Positions 25,675 to 35,582 of a stretch of DNA of 57,301 nucleotides are shown here, one piece after another (positions within the stretch are counted from its first letter, which is position 1; each line of letters starts with the position of its first letter). The DNA is from Actinomycetota bacterium (GTDB lineage: Bacteria > Actinomycetota > Acidimicrobiia > Acidimicrobiales > Ilumatobacteraceae). The stretch is taken from contig JBCCVW010000001.1 in the NCBI GenBank assembly GCA_039194665.1, positions 1 through 57,301 of the forward strand, in the 5' to 3' direction. The notes under the pieces were generated by a model. That model was not told where the DNA came from, did not search any database, and saw only the letters and a program-made list of their open reading frames with translations. A program made the position numbers and the translations under genes.

Positions 25675-28281
25675 TCAGCGGGCGATGGCTCGTTCGGTCA
25701 GGTCGGGGTCGTCGGCGATCTGCGTTTCGGTGAAGGCCACCTGGCGCCAGTTCTTTTCGCTGAACCGCACCATCTGCTGGTCGTACAACGGCGACCCACG
25801 ATCCCCGGTCTCGCCGTAGGTCAGAAGCGCCCACGCTGTCACGTCGCCGCTGGACTCGCTCTCGTCGCCGCTGGACTCGCTCTCGTCAGCGCTGCCACCA
25901 AACGCGACAGCCATCACGAAGCTGGTGCCGAAGTTGATCGGGTAGCCCTCGCCGCGGATGGGGCTGTCGGGCACGATTGGGTCGCCGCGCACCGGCGCCG
26001 GTTCCGTCGACGTCAACAGCGCTGCGGCCAGCGACGACCACTCGACGATGTTGGTCACGCCGTCGTCGTCGGTGCCGCCGTGCAGCGGGATGCGTTGTTC
26101 GGTCCGTTCGGTGAACTGCGCGGAACCGAGGGTGGAGTCGAGGCTGAAGCCCGCCGCCTCGATCGTCTGCACCGCCCGACCGAGGGCAATGAGGATCGCC
26201 GTGGCATCCGGGTTCGGCTGCGCCGGCGTCGCCGTCGCAGCGAGCGGATCGAACGGGGGCGCAAACAGCGGGCCGGGCGCGGTCCGCTCGGCGTCGGTGA
26301 ACTGCGCCATCGTTTCGCGCCACACGATCGGACCGGTGCGATCGAGGTCGTAGCGTCCGTCCCACGAGGCGAGCACGTTGCAGGCCGCCGTGAGATCGAC
26401 GAACGCCGCTGGCAGGATCTCGCCGCCGAACCCGTCGAGCAACTCCGGCACGGCGACGACAGGGGTGGCCCGACACGCTTGGACGGTCGAGGCGCGCAGC
26501 AGTCGAGCCGTGCCAGCGGTGTTGTCGAACGTGGCGTCGCGTAGCTCGATGCCGGTGAACCGATCGTCGTCGCCGGCCAAGCCGAGGGCGTTGTCGTTGC
26601 CGAGTACCGCGGCGCTCTGACGGGCCCGCATCGACTGCGGCACATCGCGTTCACCCTGCAGCACCGACGACCCGTCGAGGGTGAACTCGGCGCTCGGCAC
26701 CCAGTAGCTCTCGTTCGAGTTGAACACGTAGTCGCTGCGCTCGACCATCGGGAACCCCGACCACGGGATCAGCCCGGGGTCGCGCGCGCCCGCGACGTCT
26801 TGCCACTCGTTACCGGACACCGAGCCGTCGAGCAGCACCATGCCACGGTCGAACGCTGCACCGACGAACGGGTTCTGCTCGCGTTCGGTCACCCACTGGG
26901 CCTGTGCGGTCGCCGTCAGGTTCGGTGTCGCTGACGTGTCTGCGTACCACACGGTTCCATCGGATCCGGTGGCCACCACGTTGAACATCGGGTTGCCCTG
27001 GAACTCCTCGTGCACGCCGATCAGTTCGTCGAGGGACTCCACCGACAGCAACGCCTGGTACTGCTCGATGAACTCATCGTTGTCGAGGTTGGCGTCGCGG
27101 TAGCTGACCGCCACCTCGTCGTTCCAGCCGATTCCGGGCAGATCGATCAGCGGTCCGTACTGGCTGCGCCAGAGCGTGCGCGTCTCGGTGTCGACGGTGC
27201 CGTCCGGGCGCAGGATTTCGATGGTGTGATCGATCGAGTCCATCGGCGTCGACACGCCATCGACGAGGTAGGCCGTCGGATCTGCAGGGTCGAGGGTGAG
27301 CGAGTAGGCGGTGAATCGGTGCCCGGCCGAGACCGTGTGTGCCCACGCCACGCCGGAGGTGAATCCGAGCCCGATGCCTGGCACGCCGACGAGGTTCGCT
27401 CCGTACACGTTGTACGACCCGGGCACCGTCAGCTGGATCTCGTGCAGCCGCAGCTCGCCCTCCCACGGCAGATGAGGGTTGGCCACGAGCAGCCCCGATG
27501 CGTCGGCGGTGCGATCGCGCCCGACCGCCCAACCGTTGCTCCCGAGGTCGAACTGCCCGAATTCGGGGAGTCGTTCGGCGATCTCGGCGCGGTCGAACAG
27601 CGCCGGCTCGGGGGGAGCTTCCTCGCCCAGCACCGGTTCGGGGGGTTGCGCATCGGCCACGTAGGGCGCAAGTTGGCCGCTCGACATCAACAGCGAGACC
27701 GATCGCGCGTAGGTGTAGATCTCGACGGGTTCGAGCGGTCGTACCCAATCGGTGTCTCCACACCAACCGATCAGGCCGCGTCGACCGGTGGCATCGAGAT
27801 GATCGTTCCAGCCGGCGGCGAACGCCGTGAACGCGTCCACCAGCGGATCGGGGGCATCGGCGAAGTCGGATTCGGCGATCTCGGCGATCCCGATCGCGCG
27901 CCAGGCAAAGTCGCTCTCGATGTTCTCGCCTTCGGGCCCCGGACCGAGGTTGGCCGACCGCTCGCCGTACACCTTGAGGACCTGGTCGATCAGCGTGCAG
28001 CCGTGGTCTTCGGCGCTCACCCACCCTTGGCCATACATCGCCCCGTCGCGATCGGGGGCGAGCACGTGGGCGACGCCGTCGGTGGTTCGGCGGATCGTCG
28101 CTTCGTATGTCGGCGGGACGGCCGTGGTGGTCGTTGTGGTGGTGGTGGTCGTTGTGGTGGTGGTGGTCGACGTCGTGGTCGTGTCCGGCGACGTCGGCAA
28201 CGGGATCGACTCTGGACCTTCCCCTGGCGTACACGCCGCAGCGACGACGGCGAAGGTGGTCGCGGTGGTGATCGCCACCAT
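25675..28281 (-). CDS. Penicillin-acylase/AHL-acylase family (Ntn hydrolase, S45) lipoprotein
   Basis: MVAITTATTFAVVAAAC lipobox, a poly-Thr linker, and motifs ATIRRTTDGVAHV, GQGWVSAEDHG, and the nucleophile context DLGSNGWAVG..ANPHLPW. The upstream 400 codons of track ORF 25675..29481 run antisense through nadE and are rejected. Confidence 0.85.
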   Translation of the reverse strand: MVAITTATTFAVVAAACTPGEGPESIPLPTSPDTTTTSTTTTTTTTTTTTTTTAVPPTYEATIRRTTDGVAHVLAPDRDGAMYGQGWVSAEDHGCTLIDQVLKVYGERSANLGPGPEGENIESDFAWRAIGIAEIAESDFADAPDPLVDAFTAFAAGWNDHLDATGRRGLIGWCGDTDWVRPLEPVEIYTYARSVSLLMSSGQLAPYVADAQPPEPVLGEEAPPEPALFDRAEIAERLPEFGQFDLGSNGWAVGRDRTADASGLLVANPHLPWEGELRLHEIQLTVPGSYNVYGANLVGVPGIGLGFTSGVAWAHTVSAGHRFTAYSLTLDPADPTAYLVDGVSTPMDSIDHTIEILRPDGTVDTETRTLWRSQYGPLIDLPGIGWNDEVAVSYRDANLDNDEFIEQYQALLSVESLDELIGVHEEFQGNPMFNVVATGSDGTVWYADTSATPNLTATAQAQWVTEREQNPFVGAAFDRGMVLLDGSVSGNEWQDVAGARDPGLIPWSGFPMVERSDYVFNSNESYWVPSAEFTLDGSSVLQGERDVPQSMRARQSAAVLGNDNALGLAGDDDRFTGIELRDATFDNTAGTARLLRASTVQACRATPVVAVPELLDGFGGEILPAAFVDLTAACNVLASWDGRYDLDRTGPIVWRETMAQFTDAERTAPGPLFAPPFDPLAATATPAQPNPDATAILIALGRAVQTIEAAGFSLDSTLGSAQFTERTEQRIPLHGGTDDDGVTNIVEWSSLAAALLTSTEPAPVRGDPIVPDSPIRGEGYPINFGTSFVMAVAFGGSADESESSGDESESSGDVTAWALLTYGETGDRGSPLYDQQMVRFSEKNWRQVAFTETQIADDPDLTERAIAR

Positions 28282-28416
28282 CACCCTCCGCGTCCGTCGC
28301 ACCTGGTCATAGTGCCAGATCGCCGTGTGTGGACCGAGTCGGATCGCGTCGGGATCGCGGATCGATGGCGGAGCGCAACGCGGCGGTGCCGACCCCAGCT
28401 CAGTAGCCTGATCCAC

Positions 28417-30150
28417 ATGGCGGTCGTGCGTGTTGCTCTGGCCCAGATCAATCCAACTGTGGGTGACCTTGCGGCCAACGTTGCCCGCATCGTCGACGTC
28501 TACGATCGGGCCGACGCTGCAGGGTGTGACATCGTCGCGTTCCCCGAGTTGGCGGTGACCGGATACCCGCCTGAAGACCTCGTGCTGAAGCCCGGGTTCG
28601 TCGACGACAACCTCGACGCGCTGTCGAAGATCGCCGCGCACACGCGGCGGTGCGCCGCCGTGGTCGGATTCGTCGACCGCGGGCGCGACTTGTACAACGC
28701 AGCTGCGGTGTGCGTCGGCGGTGACATCGTCGGTCGCTACCACAAGCGACTGCTGCCCAATTCGTCGGTGTTCGACGAGGCCCGCTACTTCGTGCCCGGT
28801 CACGGCTCCGATCCGCTCGAGAGTTTCAACGTGGCCGGCGTGCCGGTCGGCGTCTCGGTCTGTGAAGACGTGTGGAGTCCCACCGGTGCGGTCGCCGAGC
28901 AGGCCGCGGCCGGGGTGGAGCTGAACATCAACATCAACGCGTCCCCGTTCAGCATCGGCAAGCAAGCGCGGCGCGAACGGATGTTGGCCACGCGGGCCAC
29001 CGACGCGCACTGCGCCATCGTCTACGTCAACCAGGTCGGCGGCCAGGACGAGCTCGTGTTCGACGGTGGGTCCGTGGTGTTCGATCACGACGGCACGCTG
29101 CTCGCCCGGGCACCCTCGTTCGTCGAGGATCTGTCGATCGTCGACGTTCCGGTGCCACCGGTGTATCGCAAGCGACTGCTCGACCCGCGCGGCCGGATTA
29201 CCGAGCCGCTGTTGCCCGCAGTGCACGTATCGGACGTCTCGTTGGCGACCGACGCTACGGCGGTGGGCGACATCGCTGCACCACTCGACGCCGACCGCGA
29301 GTTGTACGACGCACTCGTATTGGGGACCCGCGACTACTGCGCGAAGAATGGCTTCGACGATGTGGTGATCGGTCTGTCCGGCGGCATCGACTCCACGCTC
29401 GTCGCATGCATCGCAGTCGACGCGCTCGGCCCCGAGCATGTGCACGGCGTGTCGATGCCGTCGCGCTACTCGAGCGATCACTCCAAGTCGGACGCCGAGG
29501 CGTTAGGGACCAACCTCGGCGTCGACTACCGCACCATCTCGATCGAACCAGCCTTCGCCGCGTACCTCGACATGCTGGCACCGTCGTTTGCTGACCGCGA
29601 GCCGGGACTGACGCTCGAGAACGTGCAGAGCCGCTGTCGCGGCCAGATCCTGATGGCGCTGTCCAACGAGTTCGGCTGGATGGTGCTGACCACCGGCAAC
29701 AAGAGCGAGATGGCCGTTGGCTACTTCACGATCTACGGCGACTCCGTCGGCGGGTACGCGGTGATCAAGGACGTACTCAAGCTGCGCGTGTACGACCTCT
29801 GTCGTTACGTCAATGCCGAGGCGGTGCGGCGCGGCGGTGTCGCTCCGATCCCCGAGTCGGTGATCACCAAGCCGCCGTCGGCCGAGCTGCGCCCGGATCA
29901 GCGCGACGACCAAAGCTTGCCGTCGTACGAGCAGCTCGATCCGATTCTCGAGCAGTACGTCGAAGACGACCGCACGGCAGCCGAGATCATCGAGATGGGC
30001 TACGACGCCGAACTGGTGCAACGTATCGCCCGACTGGTCGACGTCGCCGAATACAAGCGCCGCCAGTCACCTCCCGGTGTGCGCGTCAGCCGCAAGGCGT
30101 TCGGCAAGGATCGCCGTTTGCCGATCACCAACGGCTACCGCTCGCTCTAG
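28417..30150 (+). CDS. nadE: Glutamine-dependent NAD+ synthetase
   Basis: N-terminal CN-hydrolase domain (VALAQINPTVGD..FPELAVTGYPPEDL..VSVCEDVW), a PP-loop synthetase domain (VIGLSGGIDST), and the C-terminus YKRRQSPPG. Confidence 0.9.
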   Translation: MAVVRVALAQINPTVGDLAANVARIVDVYDRADAAGCDIVAFPELAVTGYPPEDLVLKPGFVDDNLDALSKIAAHTRRCAAVVGFVDRGRDLYNAAAVCVGGDIVGRYHKRLLPNSSVFDEARYFVPGHGSDPLESFNVAGVPVGVSVCEDVWSPTGAVAEQAAAGVELNININASPFSIGKQARRERMLATRATDAHCAIVYVNQVGGQDELVFDGGSVVFDHDGTLLARAPSFVEDLSIVDVPVPPVYRKRLLDPRGRITEPLLPAVHVSDVSLATDATAVGDIAAPLDADRELYDALVLGTRDYCAKNGFDDVVIGLSGGIDSTLVACIAVDALGPEHVHGVSMPSRYSSDHSKSDAEALGTNLGVDYRTISIEPAFAAYLDMLAPSFADREPGLTLENVQSRCRGQILMALSNEFGWMVLTTGNKSEMAVGYFTIYGDSVGGYAVIKDVLKLRVYDLCRYVNAEAVRRGGVAPIPESVITKPPSAELRPDQRDDQSLPSYEQLDPILEQYVEDDRTAAEIIEMGYDAELVQRIARLVDVAEYKRRQSPPGVRVSRKAFGKDRRLPITNGYRSL

Positions 30151-30312
30151 TCCAGCCGGCCACCCGTTGGGCGACTCGCCCGCGTCACGAACCGGGTCCA
30201 GCGGTGAGTGAAACCCGCACATGGGGCGGTTTGGCTCATCGGTGGGTGACCGCGGTCGGTTTGTGATGGGGATTGACGCGAACCTCCGCGCGCTGCGCAC
30301 CACACTCGTGTC

Positions 30313-31596
30313 ATGGGCCAAGGACACAGCCATGGTGTGCACGACCATGGGGCCATCGACGATGCCGTCGACCCTCAGGTGCGTCGCGCGTTGTGGTGGA
30401 CCGTCGGTGCGTGCGCCGTCGTCGTAGTGCTCGGGCTCATCGTGTTGTGGCCCCGCGGCGATGAGGGCCGCATCGACCCGCTCGGTCTCGACAGCGACCC
30501 GATTCCTGCCACCGTGCTGTCGGTCGAAGAGGTGCCGTGTGACTTCGATCCGCTACTCGCCTGCAAGCTCATCGAGATGCGCATCGACGGCGGCGAGCTC
30601 GATGGCGAGACGCGCACGATCGAGCAGGCCTTGTCGAGCACGTTCAGCAGCGGCGACGGAATCCTCGTCACGATCGAGCCGCTGCCCGACGGCAGCGAAC
30701 TGATCACGTTCTTCGACTTCCAACGATCCACCCCGATGTTGCTGCTGCTCGTGCTGTTCGTTGCGGCGATCCTGGTGCTCGGCCGCTGGCGCGGATTGGG
30801 TGCGCTCGCTGGCCTGGCGATGAGTCTGATCGTCATCCTGGTGTTTGCGCTTCCGGCGCTCCTCGACGGCCGCAACCCGGTGGCCATCGCCTTGGTCGCA
30901 GCAGGAGCGATCGCCTTCGTGGCGTTGTTCCTCGCCCATGGCGTCACGCTGGCGACCTCGGTGGCCCTGCTGTCGACGTTCGCCAGCCTGGCTATCACAG
31001 GGGCATTGGCATGGATCTTCTTGACGGTGTCGAACTTCACCGGTTTGTCCGACGACTCGGTCGGCTTCCTCGCCGCGTTGGGCAGCGACATCGACCCGCG
31101 CGGTCTGCTACTCGCCGGCGTGGTGATCGGTGCGCTCGGCGTGCTCGACGACGTGACCGTGACGCAGGTGTCGGCAGTGTGGGAGCTCAAGCGGGCCACC
31201 CCCGAGGCGCAGTTCCGGGAGCTCATCCAGCCCGCGCTGCGCATCGGACGCGATCACATCTCCTCCACGGTGAACACCCTGTTTCTCGCGTACGCCGGCG
31301 CCGCGTTGCCGCTGCTGCTGCTGTTCAGCGAAGCCGACCAATCGATCAGCTCGGTAGCCACTCGCGAGATCGTGGCCGTGGAGATCGTGCGCGCCCTCGT
31401 CGGCTCGATCGGGTTGGTCGCTTCGGTACCGATCGCCACCACGCTGGCTGCGAAGGTGGTGTCATCGACGAGCACCGAACCTCCAGCCAGCGCGACGACC
31501 GACCACACTTCGACGACGACCGGACACCCGACGACGCCGACTCCGCCGCCTCCGCCGGAGCCACCGACGGGGTACTCCCCCCGCCGGTCGAGCTGA
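30313..31596 (+). CDS. YibE/F-family integral membrane protein with His-rich N-terminus
   Basis: MGQGHSHGVHDHG.., an extracytoplasmic loop, then about 7 TM helices with GVLDDVTVTQVS and RDHISSTVNTLFLAYAG, typical of YibE/F. There is a Thr/Pro-rich tail. Confidence 0.75.
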   Translation: MGQGHSHGVHDHGAIDDAVDPQVRRALWWTVGACAVVVVLGLIVLWPRGDEGRIDPLGLDSDPIPATVLSVEEVPCDFDPLLACKLIEMRIDGGELDGETRTIEQALSSTFSSGDGILVTIEPLPDGSELITFFDFQRSTPMLLLLVLFVAAILVLGRWRGLGALAGLAMSLIVILVFALPALLDGRNPVAIALVAAGAIAFVALFLAHGVTLATSVALLSTFASLAITGALAWIFLTVSNFTGLSDDSVGFLAALGSDIDPRGLLLAGVVIGALGVLDDVTVTQVSAVWELKRATPEAQFRELIQPALRIGRDHISSTVNTLFLAYAGAALPLLLLFSEADQSISSVATREIVAVEIVRALVGSIGLVASVPIATTLAAKVVSSTSTEPPASATTDHTSTTTGHPTTPTPPPPPEPPTGYSPRRSS

Positions 31597-31646
31597 CCGA
31601 CGCGCTGCGCGCGCGAGTCGCGATCAACCTCTCCACACATCGGCGC

Positions 31647-32306
31647 GTGGCGACTTCGCTCGACGGTCGCAAGCACGCCGCGGTGGCGATCGTGTTGGTC
31701 GACTCACTCGTCGGCGACGACCTCCACGACCCATACGGCGCGACGGCTGAGGAGATGGAAGTTGTCCCGTCCGACACGTCGGACCTCGATGGACAGATGA
31801 CCGGCGTCGCCGGAGGAGCTGCGTTCATCCTGTGTCGGCGCAGCGCCGGACTGAACCGTCACGCGTCGCAGTGGGCGCTGCCCGGCGGGCGGCTCGAACC
31901 CGGCGAGTCGCCGATCGACGCGGCGCTGCGTGAGACCGACGAGGAAGTCGGTCTGCAGCTCGGTGCCGGCGACGTGCTCGGCGTGCTCGACGACTACCCG
32001 ACCCGCTCCGGCTACGTGATTACACCGGTCGTCGTGTGGGGTGGTGCCGGCGTCGAGCTCCGTCCCGACCCCGGCGAGGTCCTCGCCGCGTATCGCATCG
32101 GTGTGCACCACCTGCAGCGCACCGACTCGCCGCGTTTCGTGTCGATTCCCGAGAGCGACCGCCCCGTGGTGCAGGTGCCGCTCGGTGGCGACCTGATCCA
32201 TGCGCCGACCGGTGCGCTCCTCGTGCAGTTCCGTTGGGTCGGTCTCGACGGTCGAGCGCACGAACGCGTCGACCACTTCGAGCAGCCCGTGTTCGCCTGG
32301 GGTTGA
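31647..32306 (+). CDS. NUDIX hydrolase (CoA pyrophosphatase-like)
   Basis: LPGGRLEPGESPIDAALRETDEEVGL is the Nudix box. The start is uncertain: GTG 31647 is the first ATG/GTG/TTG in frame after the yibE/F stop, and a CTG lies at 31593. Confidence 0.7.
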   Translation: MATSLDGRKHAAVAIVLVDSLVGDDLHDPYGATAEEMEVVPSDTSDLDGQMTGVAGGAAFILCRRSAGLNRHASQWALPGGRLEPGESPIDAALRETDEEVGLQLGAGDVLGVLDDYPTRSGYVITPVVVWGGAGVELRPDPGEVLAAYRIGVHHLQRTDSPRFVSIPESDRPVVQVPLGGDLIHAPTGALLVQFRWVGLDGRAHERVDHFEQPVFAWG

Positions 32307-32341
32307 GCATCGGCGAGTCACTGCACAACGCCGACGCCTGA

Positions 32342-34861
32342 TCACCGGGCGTCGACGGGATCAGCGATGCCCGGCGCCGTTGCTTCGTGCGCGTTGACAC
32401 CCCGGTGGTCCTCGACGCCGAACACGTTTGGGTCCCGTTCCGCAACGTACTCGGCGCCCGACTCGGGATGATCGTCGTCGCCGAAGCGCCACTGGTGATA
32501 CTTGGCCCACAACACGAGCATCGCCGGGACGACCACGATGGAGGCGATGAGAGAGTAGAGGATGGTCAGTCCGGTCACGATGCCGAATTGCTGGAACGGG
32601 CTCAGCGGGCTGAGCGTCAGCGCCGCGAAGGCCAATGCGGTCGTGAGTGCTGAGCCGAACAGCGCTGAACCGGTCGTGGCGAGCGTGGCGGCAGTTGCGT
32701 CATCGACGGACTTGCCATCGTGGTGTTCCTCGGTGAACCGATGGATCACGTGGATCGTGTAGTCGACACCGATCCCGATTGCCAGCGCCGTGATCAGCGC
32801 GGTGATCACGTTGTACGGGATGCCGATCAGGGCCATCGAGCCCAGCACCCAGATCAGTACGAGGACGATCGGCAGCACGGCGATCACCGCGAGCATTGGC
32901 TTGAACTCGGTCACCCAGAAGAACAGGACGAGGACGAACAGCGCAGCAGAGATCGTGATCACGATGGCCAGCGTCTGGCTCTCGGTCATCGCCGTGGTGA
33001 TCTCGAGCCCGACGATGCTCGTTGAGGTCACCGTGATCTGGTCGCTGTCGCCGAACCACAACGCCTCGATGTCGTCGACCATCGCCTGGGTGGAGTTGAT
33101 GTCTCCCGCCAACGCGGTGTACTGCAACATCGTCGTGTCGGGCCCGTCGGGGTCGTTCACAGCGACGAGCGCGAACGCGGCCGGGTCGAGCGACTCGAGA
33201 CGATCGAGCACCGTCTGTGCCTGCTCGCTGTCGACGTCGAGGCCGTCGAGCGCGCTGTCTGCCATCATCGCCAGTTCGGCGTCGTAGCGGGCATCCGCTT
33301 CGCCGTCGTCGGTGGTCCAGTCGACGAGGAGGCCAGGCAGCGACAGCTCGATGTCGGTGACGGCGTCGGTCGGCCGTGTGCGTTCCTCGGCGAACGCATC
33401 GGTCAGCACGAAGAGGTCGTACAGCGTGCGGTCGTCGGTCAACTCGGCTTCGATGAGAATCGTCGCGATCTGCACTTCGCCGCCGACCGCTTCGAGATCA
33501 TCGCCGTCGGACACGGTCTGGCCATCGGGCGGGAGGAAATCATCCGCGTCGAACTCGGTGCTGATCTGCGTTGCAGCTGCTCCGAGGCCGACGGTCAGTG
33601 CTGCGGTGATCCCGAGGACGACGAGCGGCGCCTTCGACGCAAACCCGCCGAGACGACTGGCGACCACGTCGGCGCCGGGGACCGCATCGGTCATCGTCGC
33701 GCGCACTGGCGCATCACCCTTGGCAGCGCGTCGGTGATCCAGGAGGAGTCGTGCATTCGGCATCAACGTCAACATCGTGATCAGCCCGAAGCCGATGCCG
33801 AACGCCGCGACGATGCCGAAGTCGCCGTTGGCCGGGATCGGCGAGGACAGGTTGGTGAGGAAGCTGATCATCGTCGTCGCGCCCGCCAGACCGAGCGGCA
33901 GCATGACGAGCGAAAGGCCGCGCGACGCCGCGCAGCGCACGGCGACACCGTCGGCGCGCAGCTCTCGGTAGCGGCCAACGGACTGGATCGAATAGTCGAC
34001 GACGAGGCCGATGAGCATGATTGGTACCTGCGTGGTCGTGCGGTTCGGTGGGCCGATCACGTCGAGGCCGTTCGGCCCGATGAGGCCCTGAAACCCGAGG
34101 GTCCCCACGATGGTCACCGCCAGGCCCAGCATCGATAGCACCACGTCCGACACAGTCCGATAGAACACGCCGAGCAGCGCGGCGATGACGAGCAGCGAGA
34201 GCGCCACCAGGAACAGCGTCGACGATGCGATCGAGTCGTCCGCTTCCTGGTCTCGTGTGGCCTTCGACAGGCTGCGCACCTCCAGCGGCCCCTCGACCTC
34301 CTCGACCACGTCGGCCACGAGCAGCTCGGCATCCTCCGGCGCGTCCTCGCCTTCGAGTGTCCGCAGCTGGATCCTCGTTACGGCGATCGTTCCGTCGGCG
34401 GTCTCACCGCTGAGCCGGTCGACGAACGGGGACACGCGCGGGTCGGCGGCAGCCGCGTCGATCTCGGCCTGCGAGACCCGGCTCAGGTCGTCGGTCTGCA
34501 GGGCGTCGGAGAACACGGCACCGAGCGAGACGACCGGCGACGAGGCGGCGAGGCGTTCTGCGACATCTGGTTCTGCGACGGCGGCGTCGGCGACGGCGTC
34601 GATGTGCGCCAGTCCGTCGGGCGTGAGGACCTCGCCGCGGTGAATCACGGTCACGTTTGAGAGTCCGGCGGAGTCGGGGAAGGACGCCGCTAGGACCTCG
34701 TCTGCTTCGGCGATGTCGCTGCTCGGCGGAAGAAAGGCGAAGTCGTCTGCTTGCTCCGCCGTGAGTGGGAGGCCGGCCGCCAACACGAGGAACACGACGA
34801 GCAGCGTTGCCAGCGAGACGTAGGGCCGACGCGTAAGGAGGTCGGCGAGTCGGTCGGTCAT
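32342..34861 (-). CDS. MMPL-family (RND superfamily) membrane transporter
   Basis: 839 aa with a duplicated 6-TM-plus-loop architecture and motifs LLVIAALLGVFYR, IMLIGLVVDYSIQ, ALAIGIGVDYTIHVIHRFTEE. Confidence 0.85.
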   Translation of the reverse strand: MTDRLADLLTRRPYVSLATLLVVFLVLAAGLPLTAEQADDFAFLPPSSDIAEADEVLAASFPDSAGLSNVTVIHRGEVLTPDGLAHIDAVADAAVAEPDVAERLAASSPVVSLGAVFSDALQTDDLSRVSQAEIDAAAADPRVSPFVDRLSGETADGTIAVTRIQLRTLEGEDAPEDAELLVADVVEEVEGPLEVRSLSKATRDQEADDSIASSTLFLVALSLLVIAALLGVFYRTVSDVVLSMLGLAVTIVGTLGFQGLIGPNGLDVIGPPNRTTTQVPIMLIGLVVDYSIQSVGRYRELRADGVAVRCAASRGLSLVMLPLGLAGATTMISFLTNLSSPIPANGDFGIVAAFGIGFGLITMLTLMPNARLLLDHRRAAKGDAPVRATMTDAVPGADVVASRLGGFASKAPLVVLGITAALTVGLGAAATQISTEFDADDFLPPDGQTVSDGDDLEAVGGEVQIATILIEAELTDDRTLYDLFVLTDAFAEERTRPTDAVTDIELSLPGLLVDWTTDDGEADARYDAELAMMADSALDGLDVDSEQAQTVLDRLESLDPAAFALVAVNDPDGPDTTMLQYTALAGDINSTQAMVDDIEALWFGDSDQITVTSTSIVGLEITTAMTESQTLAIVITISAALFVLVLFFWVTEFKPMLAVIAVLPIVLVLIWVLGSMALIGIPYNVITALITALAIGIGVDYTIHVIHRFTEEHHDGKSVDDATAATLATTGSALFGSALTTALAFAALTLSPLSPFQQFGIVTGLTILYSLIASIVVVPAMLVLWAKYHQWRFGDDDHPESGAEYVAERDPNVFGVEDHRGVNAHEATAPGIADPVDAR

Positions 34862-34884
34862 GTCGGGGCTCCTGCCTTCACGTG

Positions 34885-34924
34885 TTGTCAGAGTGACAAT
34901 CCCACATTATGCAGAAAAGTGGGA
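34885..34924. promoter_or_regulatory. Two adjacent inverted repeats in the MMPL / TetR-P450 divergent promoter (candidate TetR operators)
   Basis: TTGTCAgagTGACAA (34885-34899, perfect 6+6) and TCCCAC-N13-GTGGGA (34900-24), within a locally low-GC 105-bp spacer. Confidence 0.5.
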
Positions 34925-34966
34925 GTTGAACTACCACAAGTTTGTGACGTCCGCTACGGTGTTGGC

Positions 34967-35572
34967 ATGAACGACGCCGCAACCGAGCGCATCGACGGGC
35001 GAACGGCCCGCCGGGAGCGCGGCCGACGCGCAGTACTCGAGGCCGGGCTACGGCTGCTCAGCGCAGACGGAGTCGCGACGACGGAGATGCTGGCGAGCGA
35101 GGCCGGCATCTCGACCTCGTCGCTGTTCCGCTACTTCGATGGCATGGACGAGCTGTACCGGCAGATGGCGGACTACTTCGCCGAGCGTCACGCCGACCTG
35201 TTCGACGCTGTTCCGGCGCCCGGCGCGGATCGCACCGACCGGATCTCGGAGTTCGTCGCGCTCCGGCTGCGCAACTGGGAGACCATCGCCCCATTGGCCC
35301 AGCGGGTCGAGGCGTATGCGTTGGTCAATCCCGAAGCCACACCGGCGACAACGAGCCTGCGGCGCCGTACGGCCGAACACGTCGAGCGATTCTTCGCACC
35401 CGAGCTCGATCAGCTGACCCCCGCCAGACGCATCGACCTGGCCTCGACGATCGACACGCTGACGTCCGCCGAGGCCGGCAGGATTCTGGCCGAGGTGCAC
35501 CACCGAACGCAGCACCAGATTCGGCGGTCCTGGATGTCGGCCCTGACCATTCTGCTCGCCGCCGAACACTGA
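34967..35572 (+). CDS. TetR/AcrR-family transcriptional regulator
   Basis: GRRAVLEAGLRLLSADGVATTEMLASEAGISTSSLFRYF is the HTH. 201 aa when started at ATG 34967. Its stop is 10 nt before the P450 start. Confidence 0.85.
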   Translation: MNDAATERIDGRTARRERGRRAVLEAGLRLLSADGVATTEMLASEAGISTSSLFRYFDGMDELYRQMADYFAERHADLFDAVPAPGADRTDRISEFVALRLRNWETIAPLAQRVEAYALVNPEATPATTSLRRRTAEHVERFFAPELDQLTPARRIDLASTIDTLTSAEAGRILAEVHHRTQHQIRRSWMSALTILLAAEH

Positions 35573-35582
35573 TCGTCCGCTG

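Noticed and set aside
27010-28416. The N-terminal 469 codons of track ORF 27010..30150, and the upstream extensions of ORFs 933..2108, 9375..10229, 19305..19835, 19469..21418, 25675..29481, 37107..38285, 37119..38705, 39714..42005, 46416..48419 and 51756..52952.
   Set aside because: The recognisable protein begins at an internal ATG or GTG, often overlapping the upstream stop. The extensions overlap neighbouring well-supported genes and are compositionally junk.
30151-30312. Known riboswitch (Mn2+, NiCo or similar) ahead of the His-rich YibE/F gene.
   Set aside because: I could not recognise conserved core motifs of any riboswitch class by eye. It is kept only as a low-interest item that needs an Rfam scan.
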